From Candidatus Krumholzibacteriales bacterium (GTDB lineage: Bacteria > Krumholzibacteriota > Krumholzibacteriia > Krumholzibacteriales > WJIX01), in the NCBI GenBank assembly GCA_046483305.1, contig JAWODM010000046.1, positions 32,001-96,000 on the forward strand: a stretch of 64,000 nucleotides of DNA, given 5' to 3'. The position numbers were made by a program, and so were the translations under genes. The notes beneath the pieces were generated by a model, which worked only from the letters and a program-made list of their open reading frames with translations, did no database searches and had not been told where the DNA came from. Every line of letters begins with the position of its first letter. Positions within the stretch are counted from its first letter, which is position 1. Positions 28,958 through 38,674 of this stretch are shown here, in pieces.

Positions 28958-30793
28958 TTATCCTTCCGTTTTTTCTTCCTTCTCCTCATCCTCGCCAAGC
29001 ACCTCGGCCAGTTCGTCTCCCTCCGGAGAAGAAGAGACCAGACTGTTTATCTCAGATTCCATCTGTTCTCTTATACTGTCGAATTCCTCAATATTATCTT
29101 CGCTGATATGCCTCATCCTTGCTATCGGCTGCCTGACTTCCAGTTCGAGAAGCTTTTCTATTTCCACGCCTTTTTCGATCGCCTGTCCGCAGAGGCGTTG
29201 GAGTTCCATTATGGTATTCAACATCGCATACTGCTTGCTCAGCCTGGTATACTCATCATCGGGATCGAAGGCGGACTGGTGAAGAAAATCCTCCCTTATC
29301 GATTTCGATGTCTCCAGAATGAGGCGGTCGCCATCGGACAGGGACTCAACCCCCACCAGCCGGACCAGCTCTTTCAGGTCAGCTTCCTTCTGGAGGAGTT
29401 CTATCGCTGAAGTCCTCAGATCTTCCCAGCCCTCATCAACTTCATCCAGGAAATATTCCCTGAGAGTGTCGTGATAGAGAGAGTAGCTGGTCAGCCACCC
29501 GATAGCCGGGAAATGCCTCTCGTAGGCAAGCTGGTCCTCCAGAGCCCAGAATACCTTTACCACTTTCAGGGTAGCCTGTACAACCGGGTCGGAGAGGTCG
29601 CCTCCGGGGGGCGATACGGCACCTATGACGCTCAGCGACCCCCTGCGCTCGTCGCTCCCCAGGCAGACCACTCTTCCCGCTCTTTCATAAAAACTGGCAA
29701 TTCTTGATGGCAGATAGGCTGGATAACCTTCTTCTCCCGGCATTTCCTCCAGCCTTCCCGACATTTCCCTCATCGCCTCAGCCCACCTGGATGTAGAATC
29801 AGCCAGCACCGCCACCGAGTACCCCATATCTCTGAAATATTCAGCTATGGTAATACCGGTATATACCGACGCCTCCCTTGCAGCCACCGGCATATTGGAA
29901 GTATTGGCTATCAGGACGGTCCTCTTCATCAGCGGCTGCCCCGTGGCAGGGTCGATCAGTTCCGGGAACTCCTGCAGAACATCGGTCATTTCATTGCCGC
30001 GTTCACCGCAGCCGATATATACGATGATATCGGCGTCGGACCATTTTGCCAGCTGATGCTGGACCACTGTCTTCCCCGCCCCGAAGGGGCCTGGAACAGT
30101 GGCGGTCCCCCCCTTGGCAATGGGAAAGAACGTGTCTATAACTCTCTGTCCGGTCACCAGAGGAACCGAAGGTATCAGCTTCCTGACTATCGGCCTCGGC
30201 GTCCTGACCGGCCAGCGTTGAAACATGCTTATTTTCCTGAGGCCGCCATCGGTCTCAATCTCCGCGATAGTATCCTCCACCCTGTAACCCTTCTCTTCGG
30301 GGAGTTTCTTCAGAACACCCTTCTGAATATCAGCCGGCACCATTATCCGGTGTTCTATCAGTTCGGTCTCCTGTATTGTTCCCAGTACATCTCCGCGCCC
30401 TGTTTCCATCCCCTCCTGCAGATCCGGGGAGGGCTTGAGTTCCCACTCTTTCTCCCTGTCAAGGCCCGGGGCGCTGACCCCCCTGTGTATGTAGTGCCCG
30501 CTCTGCTCGTAAATGGTGTCCAGGGGGCGCTGAATCCCGTCATAAATAGATTGCAGAAGGCCGGGGCCCAAATCTATACTGAGCGACTTTCCGGTGGTAG
30601 TGACCACTGCGCCGGGGCCCAGCCCGGAAGTATCCTCATAGACCTGGATGTAGGCAAGATCCCCGTGCAGCTCAATTACTTCGCCTATCAGCCCTTCCTC
30701 GCTCACCCGGGCCACTTCGAACATTTTCGAACCTTTCAAGCCGCTGGCAACAATCAGAGGCCCCGCCACTTTTTCGATCTTACCGGATGCCAT
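28958..30793 (-). CDS. ntpA: V/A-type ATP synthase catalytic subunit A
   Basis: GPFGAGKTV, GCGERGNEM, EMPGEEGYPAYL. No intein. Confidence 0.97.
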   Translation of the reverse strand: MASGKIEKVAGPLIVASGLKGSKMFEVARVSEEGLIGEVIELHGDLAYIQVYEDTSGLGPGAVVTTTGKSLSIDLGPGLLQSIYDGIQRPLDTIYEQSGHYIHRGVSAPGLDREKEWELKPSPDLQEGMETGRGDVLGTIQETELIEHRIMVPADIQKGVLKKLPEEKGYRVEDTIAEIETDGGLRKISMFQRWPVRTPRPIVRKLIPSVPLVTGQRVIDTFFPIAKGGTATVPGPFGAGKTVVQHQLAKWSDADIIVYIGCGERGNEMTDVLQEFPELIDPATGQPLMKRTVLIANTSNMPVAAREASVYTGITIAEYFRDMGYSVAVLADSTSRWAEAMREMSGRLEEMPGEEGYPAYLPSRIASFYERAGRVVCLGSDERRGSLSVIGAVSPPGGDLSDPVVQATLKVVKVFWALEDQLAYERHFPAIGWLTSYSLYHDTLREYFLDEVDEGWEDLRTSAIELLQKEADLKELVRLVGVESLSDGDRLILETSKSIREDFLHQSAFDPDDEYTRLSKQYAMLNTIMELQRLCGQAIEKGVEIEKLLELEVRQPIARMRHISEDNIEEFDSIREQMESEINSLVSSSPEGDELAEVLGEDEEKEEKTEG

Positions 30794-30822
30794 ATCTCTT
30801 TTTTCCTCCCTTATCTGTTAAA

Positions 30823-31173
30823 TCACTCCAGGGAGCCGGAAATATCCTGCCCCACAGCCTTGATAACAGCTTCTCTTATCTCTTCTCTGGCTGCCCTGCC
30901 GGCCAGGGGTTTGCCGCCCTCCCAGCGCGCTCCGCGTATATCGGGTATTATGGTAACAGCGGAATCGGCAAATCTCTTTTCTCCCCGGAAAAAATTTCTG
31001 TATCTTATGAATATCTCCTCGGTAACAAATATGATTTCAAAATCGCCCTTCTCCAGTTCGGCTATAACATCCCCGGTCATCTCGCCTTCCTCTGTCTCAA
31101 AACAGCGGCACCCCAGAATCCTGAAGTAGGATACCGAATCGGAGCTGCCGACTACCGCAATATCCTCATGCAA
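30823..31173 (-). CDS. ntpG: V/A-type ATP synthase subunit F
   Basis: IAVVGSSDSVSYFRILG, IIFVTE, IIP, VIKAVGQDI. TTG start after GGGGAG. Symbol follows E. hirae naming. Confidence 0.88.
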   Translation of the reverse strand: MHEDIAVVGSSDSVSYFRILGCRCFETEEGEMTGDVIAELEKGDFEIIFVTEEIFIRYRNFFRGEKRFADSAVTIIPDIRGARWEGGKPLAGRAAREEIREAVIKAVGQDISGSLE

Positions 31174-31192
31174 TGTTACTTCTCCCCGCTGA

Positions 31193-32182
31193 TCAGGAAG
31201 GGGCAAACCCCTCCATCAGGTCAAATATTATTTCCTCAGGCAGTCCGTTTATTCTGCCCGTTATGATAGACCGCAGTGCCGTATAGTTCCTGTTCATATT
31301 TACCAGGTGATAAATGACAGGGGTTATATCGAAAAAACTGTGCCGGCGCTGCGATACCTGATTAAAAATCTCCGCTGACAGGGCAGGCTCGATTTTCCAC
31401 AGGGGCGTCCCGGAATCCAGCCCGTTATCGGTCAGTCGGCTGTAAGGCGAGAAGGAGAGATATGAGTAAAGCTGGTCCTCGGATTCCGAGACAAGAGCTC
31501 TCAGGGTCAGCTTATCAATCTGCCCCCCGGGAATCCACCTCTCCTTTCCAGCACCGAACAGCCCGGTTCGTTTCAGCCTTATAAAATTCTTGATGTTTAT
31601 CGCGTCTATTCTCATTCTGGTGTAATGAACTGCATAATCAGACGGGGCGGCCTCCAGCAGGAATTCCCACTTACGCCGTTCCAGCAAAATCTGCGCGGTG
31701 TCAATATCCTTCCTGCCTGCCACCGTCTCGAAGTAATCGAAAATATCCTTTAGATAATCGGGAAGGTACACGCCGCTCCAGTTTTCTATTGCATCCGCCA
31801 GGACATCGCCTTCGATAAGGCCGCATTTGTTATACCCTTCTTCCGCTGATCCCGCACCCAGAAAATCAGATTTCCAGAAGAAAACAAGGTTGTCAAAATC
31901 GTACTCGGACCTCAGGAAGCGATCGGCCGTTGTGTCAGAAATCAATTTTGACAGCAGTTCCAGGTACTGCGCCTTCTCCGTCTCCAGAGCCTGGCCGAAA
32001 CTGTAGATTGAATCGACCTCCTCGAAGCTCCTGTAAAACTCACTGAGAATCTGAAGCAGGGAACTGAAATCAGCCCTGGCAAGCCGCTCATACCAGGACC
32101 AGTCCGGCAGTTCCGCCTCCATGGCATTCAGCCTGGCCGCAATATATGTATAGTCAACAGCCAACTTATTCAACCTCTCCAT
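31193..32182 (-). CDS. ntpC: V/A-type ATP synthase subunit C
   Basis: YTYIAARLNAME, YDFDNL, IDAINIKNFIRLK, WIPGG, and operon position. Confidence 0.85.
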   Translation of the reverse strand: MERLNKLAVDYTYIAARLNAMEAELPDWSWYERLARADFSSLLQILSEFYRSFEEVDSIYSFGQALETEKAQYLELLSKLISDTTADRFLRSEYDFDNLVFFWKSDFLGAGSAEEGYNKCGLIEGDVLADAIENWSGVYLPDYLKDIFDYFETVAGRKDIDTAQILLERRKWEFLLEAAPSDYAVHYTRMRIDAINIKNFIRLKRTGLFGAGKERWIPGGQIDKLTLRALVSESEDQLYSYLSFSPYSRLTDNGLDSGTPLWKIEPALSAEIFNQVSQRRHSFFDITPVIYHLVNMNRNYTALRSIITGRINGLPEEIIFDLMEGFAPS

Positions 32183-32771
32183 CGCCTTCAGAGAAAAGTA
32201 TCCTGGCAGCCTCGGGTTCTGTCCGGTCGATCAGTTCCCTTAAGAAGCTCTCCAGCGAAAGATCAATCAGCCGGTCTTTCTGCCTGAGAATGACACCCCA
32301 GGTTAAATCACCTTCTCCGGGACTTACTGAGAAAGATCCTCCTCCGAATTCATCATTCAGGGAGCTGACGAACTCCCCGGTGAAAATATCCCGGTGGGCG
32401 GCGGGAATTACGATCTCTTCCTTGCCGGTGACCGCCCTTTTCAGTATCAGCTTTCTGATGAAGCCGGCGTACTCTTCACCGCTCATCGAACTTATTTTAT
32501 CCCTGGCTTTCCCGTAGAACTCCTCCAGGATATCTCTCTTTTCGCTCAGCAGTTTTTTTCTGAGGTCCAATCTCTCGCTGACCACTATCTGGCGCCGGTG
32601 CTCATCAGCTTTTCTGCGGAATTTCTCGTCCAGCTCGCCTCTGAGCTTATCCGCTTTGCGGCTGTAATCCTCTTTTATTTCATCCGCTTTCGATTCGGCC
32701 TTTCCTATTATACTGCTTACCTTCTCCCGGTTCTCTCTTTCGATCCTGCTGAGTATATCTTCTATAGCCAT
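32166..32771 (-). CDS. ntpE: V/A-type ATP synthase subunit E
   Basis: MAIEDILSRI, coiled coil, GVIL, ARILF, and operon position. Confidence 0.88.
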   Translation of the reverse strand: MAIEDILSRIERENREKVSSIIGKAESKADEIKEDYSRKADKLRGELDEKFRRKADEHRRQIVVSERLDLRKKLLSEKRDILEEFYGKARDKISSMSGEEYAGFIRKLILKRAVTGKEEIVIPAAHRDIFTGEFVSSLNDEFGGGSFSVSPGEGDLTWGVILRQKDRLIDLSLESFLRELIDRTEPEAARILFSEGDGEVE

Positions 32772-32803
32772 AATAGCTCATCCATCCCTCTAATATATGA
32801 CAC

Positions 32804-33271
32804 TTACAGATTAATGCGCTGAAGCAGAAGTATGGTCCCCAGCAGGCCCAGGACGGCGTAGGTTTCGACGATAACGGCGTAAACCATACCCTTGCCGACT
32901 TCCCCGGCTCTCTTGGCGACCAGGTTGCACGCCGCCGCGCAGACCTTCCCCTGGTATATGCCGGAGACAAGGCCGGTAATCGCGATCGGCAGAGCGGCCC
33001 CTACCATCGCCAGCCCGGCTGATACTGATATTCCGGCAAATCCTTCCGGCTCCGGCAGCTTTCCGGCGATCATGAACAGGGCCACCAGGCCGTAGATCCC
33101 CTGGGTGCCGGGAAGAGCCTGCAGCACCAGAAGCGAACCGAATTTTCCGGGGTCTTCGCTGGTTACTCCGTTGGCCGCCTGGCCCGCAATACCTGTTCCA
33201 AAGGCGGAGCCCGCTCCTGCCAGGCCAGCCGCCAGAGCCGCGCCCACAATCACGAACATGAATCCAAACAT
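32804..33271 (-). CDS. ntpK: V/A-type ATP synthase subunit K (4-TM proteolipid), Na+-binding type
   Basis: ALPGTQGIYG, YQGKV, VETYAVL. Confidence 0.95.
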   Translation of the reverse strand: MFGFMFVIVGAALAAGLAGAGSAFGTGIAGQAANGVTSEDPGKFGSLLVLQALPGTQGIYGLVALFMIAGKLPEPEGFAGISVSAGLAMVGAALPIAITGLVSGIYQGKVCAAACNLVAKRAGEVGKGMVYAVIVETYAVLGLLGTILLLQRINL

Positions 33272-33300
33272 ATTTTCTCCTTCCTCGAGAAAGTTCGATT

Positions 33301-35265
33301 TTATTCCTTATCACGAATAACCGAGTATCGCCTCTCGCTTCTGAAAGGTTTGAATGGCCTGCCCCCTCCGCTGAAAAACTTCGAAAAGAACTCCAGGTAC
33401 TGAAGCCTGGCGGAATGGACAAAACCTCCCAGAGAATTGACCGCCAGATTGAACAGATGTCCTCCGGCGAGTATCAGAATCATGGCGATATAACCTGTAT
33501 AGAAAGGCATTCCGGCAACCATCCCGGCAATGTCATTAACCGCCATGGCGATGGCGCTGGTTGCCAGCCCCAGCGCAAGCAGCCGCGCGTAGGACAGGAC
33601 GTCCCCGAAATAACCCACAATATCGTAAAAACCCGCCAGCCCTCCGAGCGCCTTCATGATCAGAGATTCTTTTTTCCTTCCCCCGGTAAGGAAGATGGCT
33701 GCCGCCATTATCACAGCGCCCCTCCCCGACCAGGACAGAATATAAGGAGGGACTTCTCCGTCCAGTATCCCCGCGAATCCCAGCGGAGCGAGAAAGACCA
33801 GGAAAATCATCCAGAAGAGATTGTCGAAGATACCGTCGGCTATCAGGCCTTCCTGGAATTTCCGCACCATACTGATACCCATACCGAACAGTATATGAAC
33901 GATCCCCAGAAAGAACGACAGGTACAACATCTTCATCGGCTCCTCTATGGGATTGATGAAAACGAATTTCCGCAGAAAGGGGACGTTGCCGAGGCTGATT
34001 CCGAAAAGCCCGCCGGCCAGTATTCCCACCACGGTGGTCACTAAACCTCCGGTCAGCATGAGCCTGATCAGTTTGCGGGCTCCTCCCGAAGGTTTGAACT
34101 TAAACAGAATAAAGGCGGAAACAATGGAAAGAGCGATCCCGTAGCCGGCGTCGGTAAGGCACATCGCGAAGAAAAGAATAAAGAAGGGCGCAAAGAAGGG
34201 AGTAGGGTCGATCTCTCTGTACTGAGGATTTCCATAGAGGGTCATTACGAACTCATTCGGTTCCGCCAGTTTACCGTTTTCCAGATGAACAGGGGGTTTT
34301 TCGTCCTTTCCCGGTTTTCTGAAGGCTATCTCAACATCGGCAAACTCGCCGAGAATTCCCCGCTCCAGTTTCTTTCTGTCCAGTTCCCTGACCCAGCCCT
34401 CCATGAGAAACACGCTGTCGGTCTTATGAAGCCGGGTTTCCAGCTCTGAAAGGGCCAGCTGTTCATTATAATAGTCTATCAGAACATAAAGCTTTTCGAT
34501 AATATCTTCGGCAAGCCCCGCGGCCTGCTTATGCAACTCCTCTATTTCAGCCTCCGCTTCCTCCATTCTATCCATCTCCGCCCCGATTATTTCCGCGGGG
34601 GTTCCCTCTTCATCCTCGAAACTGTTCAGACGGCCTCCCGCCTTCTTCAGAGCTTCCGTAAGCTCGCCGTCATCCTCCCGGGGCAGTATCACCGCAAAGT
34701 GTACCCTTCCCTCGCCCCCGGACACACGCTCGAAATGGGAAAACTCGAACCCGCTTTTCAGCTCATCCAGACTCTGTTCGACCTCGCCGGAGGGGAAACT
34801 CCACAGCTGTCCGCTGAAACCTTCAGTCTCAAGTTCTTCCAGAGAAGTATCCAGAGATTTCCAGGGCTGAAGGCGGCCTGCCAGCTCCCGGCTTTTATCA
34901 ATTTCGTTTTCCAGCTCCCGTATCTGGCTGCTCAATCCGTTACTCTTCTGCCAGGTCTCCTTCACGGGAAATTCCGCCGCCAGTTTCTTTACTTCATCGC
35001 CGCCGACCTGGATTGCGGTCCCGCTGAGTTTCTCCCACAGAGATGGCGATTCAATATAATCTTCGAGGAAGGAAACGGACTCCTCCAGATACTCGATGAG
35101 CCGGCTGATATTCCCGACAGGGGGAGTTTCCTCCCCGGAACGGCCTTCTCCGGTTTCGGTTTCCGTAACCTGAACCGCCCCCAAATCCCGCAGCCGCCTT
35201 TTTAATCTTTCCCTCACGGAATCATGTCCGAGAAGCTGAACTTTAAGCATGCTGCTGACAGCCAA
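33301..35265 (-). CDS. ntpI: V/A-type ATP synthase subunit I (a)
   Basis: EIDPTPF, DAGYG, DVLSYARLLALGLA, HSARLQYLEFFSKFF. Confidence 0.96.
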   Translation of the reverse strand: MAVSSMLKVQLLGHDSVRERLKRRLRDLGAVQVTETETGEGRSGEETPPVGNISRLIEYLEESVSFLEDYIESPSLWEKLSGTAIQVGGDEVKKLAAEFPVKETWQKSNGLSSQIRELENEIDKSRELAGRLQPWKSLDTSLEELETEGFSGQLWSFPSGEVEQSLDELKSGFEFSHFERVSGGEGRVHFAVILPREDDGELTEALKKAGGRLNSFEDEEGTPAEIIGAEMDRMEEAEAEIEELHKQAAGLAEDIIEKLYVLIDYYNEQLALSELETRLHKTDSVFLMEGWVRELDRKKLERGILGEFADVEIAFRKPGKDEKPPVHLENGKLAEPNEFVMTLYGNPQYREIDPTPFFAPFFILFFAMCLTDAGYGIALSIVSAFILFKFKPSGGARKLIRLMLTGGLVTTVVGILAGGLFGISLGNVPFLRKFVFINPIEEPMKMLYLSFFLGIVHILFGMGISMVRKFQEGLIADGIFDNLFWMIFLVFLAPLGFAGILDGEVPPYILSWSGRGAVIMAAAIFLTGGRKKESLIMKALGGLAGFYDIVGYFGDVLSYARLLALGLATSAIAMAVNDIAGMVAGMPFYTGYIAMILILAGGHLFNLAVNSLGGFVHSARLQYLEFFSKFFSGGGRPFKPFRSERRYSVIRDKE

Positions 35266-35304
35266 ATTGCAATCCTTCCTGATTTAACATCTCAGATCCT
35301 TCTG

Positions 35305-35616
35305 TTATTCCTGAAGGAGGCCCATGATCATTTCCATGGCATGGCCCATATTTTCAGCCGATCTTCTTCTCAGAGAAGAAATCTCTTTTTCATTCTTCTC
35401 CCTCATCTCCCTGACTTTCTCTTCGGCTTCCTTCTCCGCCCCGGAAAAATATTCGCGCCTTTTTTCATCCATCTCCACCTTCACCTGTTCCAGTTTTTCC
35501 TCCCCCTCCTGACGGGCTCTGTCGATAATCTCCAGAACTTCCTTCTTCGCTTCCTGAATATTACTGCGGGCCTTCTTCTCTTTCTTTCTTATTTCATTCA
35601 GATGATCATCAAGCAT
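35305..35616 (-). CDS. V/A-type ATP synthase subunit G/H (peripheral stalk)
   Basis: Highly charged 103-aa coiled coil, first gene of the operon. Confidence 0.75.
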   Translation of the reverse strand: MLDDHLNEIRKKEKKARSNIQEAKKEVLEIIDRARQEGEEKLEQVKVEMDEKRREYFSGAEKEAEEKVREMREKNEKEISSLRRRSAENMGHAMEMIMGLLQE

Positions 35617-35762
35617 TCTGTCTCCTAAACATCAATCATCAATGCCGGGGTTAAGATTTATAAAACATCAGTACCGGCCGGCTCAAGAATAATATATAAA
35701 TTTTCGGCTCGGAGTACATGATTTTCCGATAAAATTGAGAGAGACGGGGGTTTTCAAGAAGC

Positions 35763-36758
35763 TCATACCCTCCGCCAGCATCTCACCCTGCGCCCGCCCT
35801 CCAGATCGAAGAGCGGGGGCGGTTCTTCCCTGCACCTTGCTTCAGCTTCAGGGCACCTGGGATGGAAGGGGCAGCCGGGAGGAAGATTAACCGGGCTGGG
35901 CACTTCGCCCCGGATGGCGGCTCCCGCCGGAGCTCCGGGGACAGGTTTAGGAATGGAAGCAAGCAACCCTTCTGTATAGGGATGCAGGGGCGCTGAAAAA
36001 ACCGAATCCCTGTCGGCGTACTCAACTATCCTGCCCAGATACATAACCGCCACATTGTCGCTTATATGCTTGACCACCCCCAGGTCGTGCGACACAAACA
36101 GTACCGTAAGGTCAAGGTCCCTCCGCAGGTCGGCAAGCAGGTTAAGTATCTTTGCCTGTACTGAGACATCCAGAGAGGCCACCGGTTCGTCCGCGACAAT
36201 GATTTCCGGCTCCACTGCCAGGGCCCGGGCTATCCCCACCCTCTGCCGCTGCCCCCCGGAAAACTCGTGGGGGTACTTATTTTCATCGGAGGGGGAGAGG
36301 CCCACCCGGTCCAGCAGGTAATGAACCCTTCTCCGGACATCTTTTCTCCCCACTATATTGTGGATCCTGATCCCTTCGGCAATGGTGCCGCCAATGGTCA
36401 TTCTGGGATTCAGAGAGGAATAGGGATCCTGGAAGATCATCTGAATTCTGCGCCGGGCTTTCCTAAGTTCCCTTCCCTTGAGAGCCAGAAAATCAATTCC
36501 GCCCAGGAAGATTCTTCCCCCGGTAGGTTCAATCAGGCGAACCAGCACCCTGGCCAGGGTGCTCTTTCCGCAACCGGATTCCCCCACCAGCCCCAGGCTC
36601 TCCCCGCGGCTCAAACTGAGATCCACACCGTCGACAGCTTTCACCGGGAGGCTGAACCTGGAAAATATGCCCTCCCCGCGGGCTCTGAAATATTTCTTTA
36701 TGCCTTCCGCTCTGAATACAGCCAAGACTCTTATCCTTCCCTCAGCCAGCACCTGCAC
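35763..36758 (-). CDS. oppF: Oligopeptide ABC ATP-binding protein (OppF/DppF)
   Basis: GESGCGKST, FQDPYSSLNPR, FSGGQRQR, C-terminal GCPFHPRC...C...C. Confidence 0.93.
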   Translation of the reverse strand: MQVLAEGRIRVLAVFRAEGIKKYFRARGEGIFSRFSLPVKAVDGVDLSLSRGESLGLVGESGCGKSTLARVLVRLIEPTGGRIFLGGIDFLALKGRELRKARRRIQMIFQDPYSSLNPRMTIGGTIAEGIRIHNIVGRKDVRRRVHYLLDRVGLSPSDENKYPHEFSGGQRQRVGIARALAVEPEIIVADEPVASLDVSVQAKILNLLADLRRDLDLTVLFVSHDLGVVKHISDNVAVMYLGRIVEYADRDSVFSAPLHPYTEGLLASIPKPVPGAPAGAAIRGEVPSPVNLPPGCPFHPRCPEAEARCREEPPPLFDLEGGRRVRCWRRV

Positions 36759-37738
36759 AGATGATTACCCCCTGCCTTAAAAAAAGGAGGTTCTTCATCC
36801 AGGCATTTCTGTATCCGTTCGCCGCATCTGTCGCTGAACTTACACCCGGGGGGAAGCCTGACCGGATTGGGAACGGAGCCCTCGATGACGGAAAATTTTT
36901 CGCCGGGAGGAGCGTACCCCGGCATGGAACAGAGCAGCCCCCGGGTATACGGATGGGAGGGTTCTGAATACAGGCTTTTCGAGGGGGCGCTTTCCACAAT
37001 CCTTCCCGCATACATAACCATCACCCGGTCAGCCATCTGGGCTATCACTGAAAGGTCATGGGATATCAGCAGAACCGACATTCCGATCCTGCTCCGCAAC
37101 TCCTCAAGCAGTTCGATTATCTGCGCCTGTACCGAAACATCCAGGGCGGTGCTGGGTTCGTCCGCAATCAGCAGTTCCGGCTGGCAGCAAAGCGCCATGG
37201 CAATCATTACCCGCTGGCGCATTCCGCCGCTCATCTGGTGCGGATACTTCCGGTAGCTCTTTTCGGGGTCCGGTATATGGACCATCCTGAGCATTTCCAC
37301 CGCCTGTCTCTTCGATTCTTTTCTGCCCACCTTCCGGTGGACCGCAATTACCTCCCTTATCTGCTCACCGCAGGTAAAGACGGGATTCAGGCTGGACAGC
37401 GGTTCCTGGAAGACGATCGATATCTGATTGCCCCTTATCTTCCGTATCTCCTTTTCCGGAAGCTTCAGCAGGTCCCGCCCCCCGAATTCCACTCTGCCGG
37501 AGGTAATCCTCCCCGGGGGGGTTCTTACCAGGCGCATTACGGACAGCGCGGTCACACTCTTGCCGCATCCGGACTCGCCCACCATCCCTACCGTCTCGCC
37601 CTTCCCCACCTCAAAACTTATCCCGTCAACCGCGACAGCCTGCCCGGCGATAGTATCGAAGACCGTCCTCAGATCTGTTACTTTAAGAAGCGGATTTTCC
37701 ATTACCATCCCTGTCCGTTTATCCTTTTCATCGTCCAA
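36731..37738 (-). CDS. oppD: Oligopeptide ABC ATP-binding protein (OppD/DppD)
   Basis: GESGCGKSV, YPHQMSGGMRQRVMIAMAL, C-terminal Cys cluster. Start may be the ATG near 37708. Confidence 0.93.
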   Translation of the reverse strand: MDDEKDKRTGMVMENPLLKVTDLRTVFDTIAGQAVAVDGISFEVGKGETVGMVGESGCGKSVTALSVMRLVRTPPGRITSGRVEFGGRDLLKLPEKEIRKIRGNQISIVFQEPLSSLNPVFTCGEQIREVIAVHRKVGRKESKRQAVEMLRMVHIPDPEKSYRKYPHQMSGGMRQRVMIAMALCCQPELLIADEPSTALDVSVQAQIIELLEELRSRIGMSVLLISHDLSVIAQMADRVMVMYAGRIVESAPSKSLYSEPSHPYTRGLLCSMPGYAPPGEKFSVIEGSVPNPVRLPPGCKFSDRCGERIQKCLDEEPPFFKAGGNHLCRCWLREG

Positions 37739-37749
37739 GCGCCAATTTT

Positions 37750-37778
37750 ACTATAATCTGCGGCTATATAAAAAACAA
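37750..37778 (-). promoter_or_regulatory. Putative internal promoter for oppDF
   Basis: TTGTTT (37778-37773), 17 bp, TATAGT (37755-37750), in an AT-rich gap. Confidence 0.45.
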
Positions 37779-37789
37779 TCATACTTTTG

Positions 37790-38674
37790 CTACGTAAACT
37801 GGACGGGATCGAAAGCGTCCTTCAGCCCGTCGCCGAGCAGGTTATAAGCGACCACCGTCACAATGATGGCAATCCCGGGGATGGTGGAAACCCACCATGC
37901 ATCCAGCAGTACCGCCCTGCCGCTGAATACCATCATGCCCCAGCTGGGTGTGGGGGGAGAAACCCCCAACCCCAGAAAACTCAGGGTGGCTTCAGCCAGA
38001 ATTATCCCGCCTATCCGGAGGGTGGCTGAAACAATAATAACTGTCAGCGCGTTGGGGATAAGATGGCCGAAAATAATCCGGTTTCTGCCGGCCCCCAGGG
38101 CCTCAGCGGCCGCCACGTAATCTCTCTGCCTGATGGACAGGACCTGTCCCCTTACCAGCCTGGCGGCGGACATCCAGCCGGTAGCTCCCAGCAGAATTAT
38201 CAGCAGAAGTATCGACCTGCTGAACAGAGCTATACAGGTAAGCAACAGAAACAGTCTTGGTATCGCCATCAGGGCATCGACCACCCTCATCACCACCGTA
38301 TCGATTACGCCCCCCAGGTATCCGGAAACCGCCCCCACCACCGAACCGATTATCACTGAGAGCGAGACGGCGAGCAGGGATACCGAAAGCGAAATCCTGG
38401 CTCCGTAGAGGACTCTGGTGAGAACGTCCCTGCCGAACTTGTCAGTGCCGAACGGGTGCCGTAGGCTTGGAGAAAGGTACCTTTCCGAAGGGAGGTCCCC
38501 GTGCCGGTCGGGATGATAGGGAGTAAGAACCGGAGCCATTAGGGTGACCAGGTAAAGCAAAATCAGAATCCCCGCCCCGGCCATTCCAAGAGGGTTTCTT
38601 CTGAACCTCTTCCATCCGCTGGACCAGATACTGCCGGAGACGGTTCCCGGGGAAAGGTCAATCCGTTCATTCAT
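37790..38674 (-). CDS. oppC: Oligopeptide ABC permease (OppC)
   Basis: WKRFRRNPLG, HPFGTDKFGRDVLTR, EATLSFLGLG, GDGLKDAFDP. Confidence 0.93.
   Translation of the reverse strand: MNERIDLSPGTVSGSIWSSGWKRFRRNPLGMAGAGILILLYLVTLMAPVLTPYHPDRHGDLPSERYLSPSLRHPFGTDKFGRDVLTRVLYGARISLSVSLLAVSLSVIIGSVVGAVSGYLGGVIDTVVMRVVDALMAIPRLFLLLTCIALFSRSILLLIILLGATGWMSAARLVRGQVLSIRQRDYVAAAEALGAGRNRIIFGHLIPNALTVIIVSATLRIGGIILAEATLSFLGLGVSPPTPSWGMMVFSGRAVLLDAWWVSTIPGIAIIVTVVAYNLLGDGLKDAFDPVQFT

Noticed and set aside
28958..30793. Intein in V-ATPase subunit A
   Set aside because: The length is normal and the GAGKTV and GERGNEM regions are uninterrupted.
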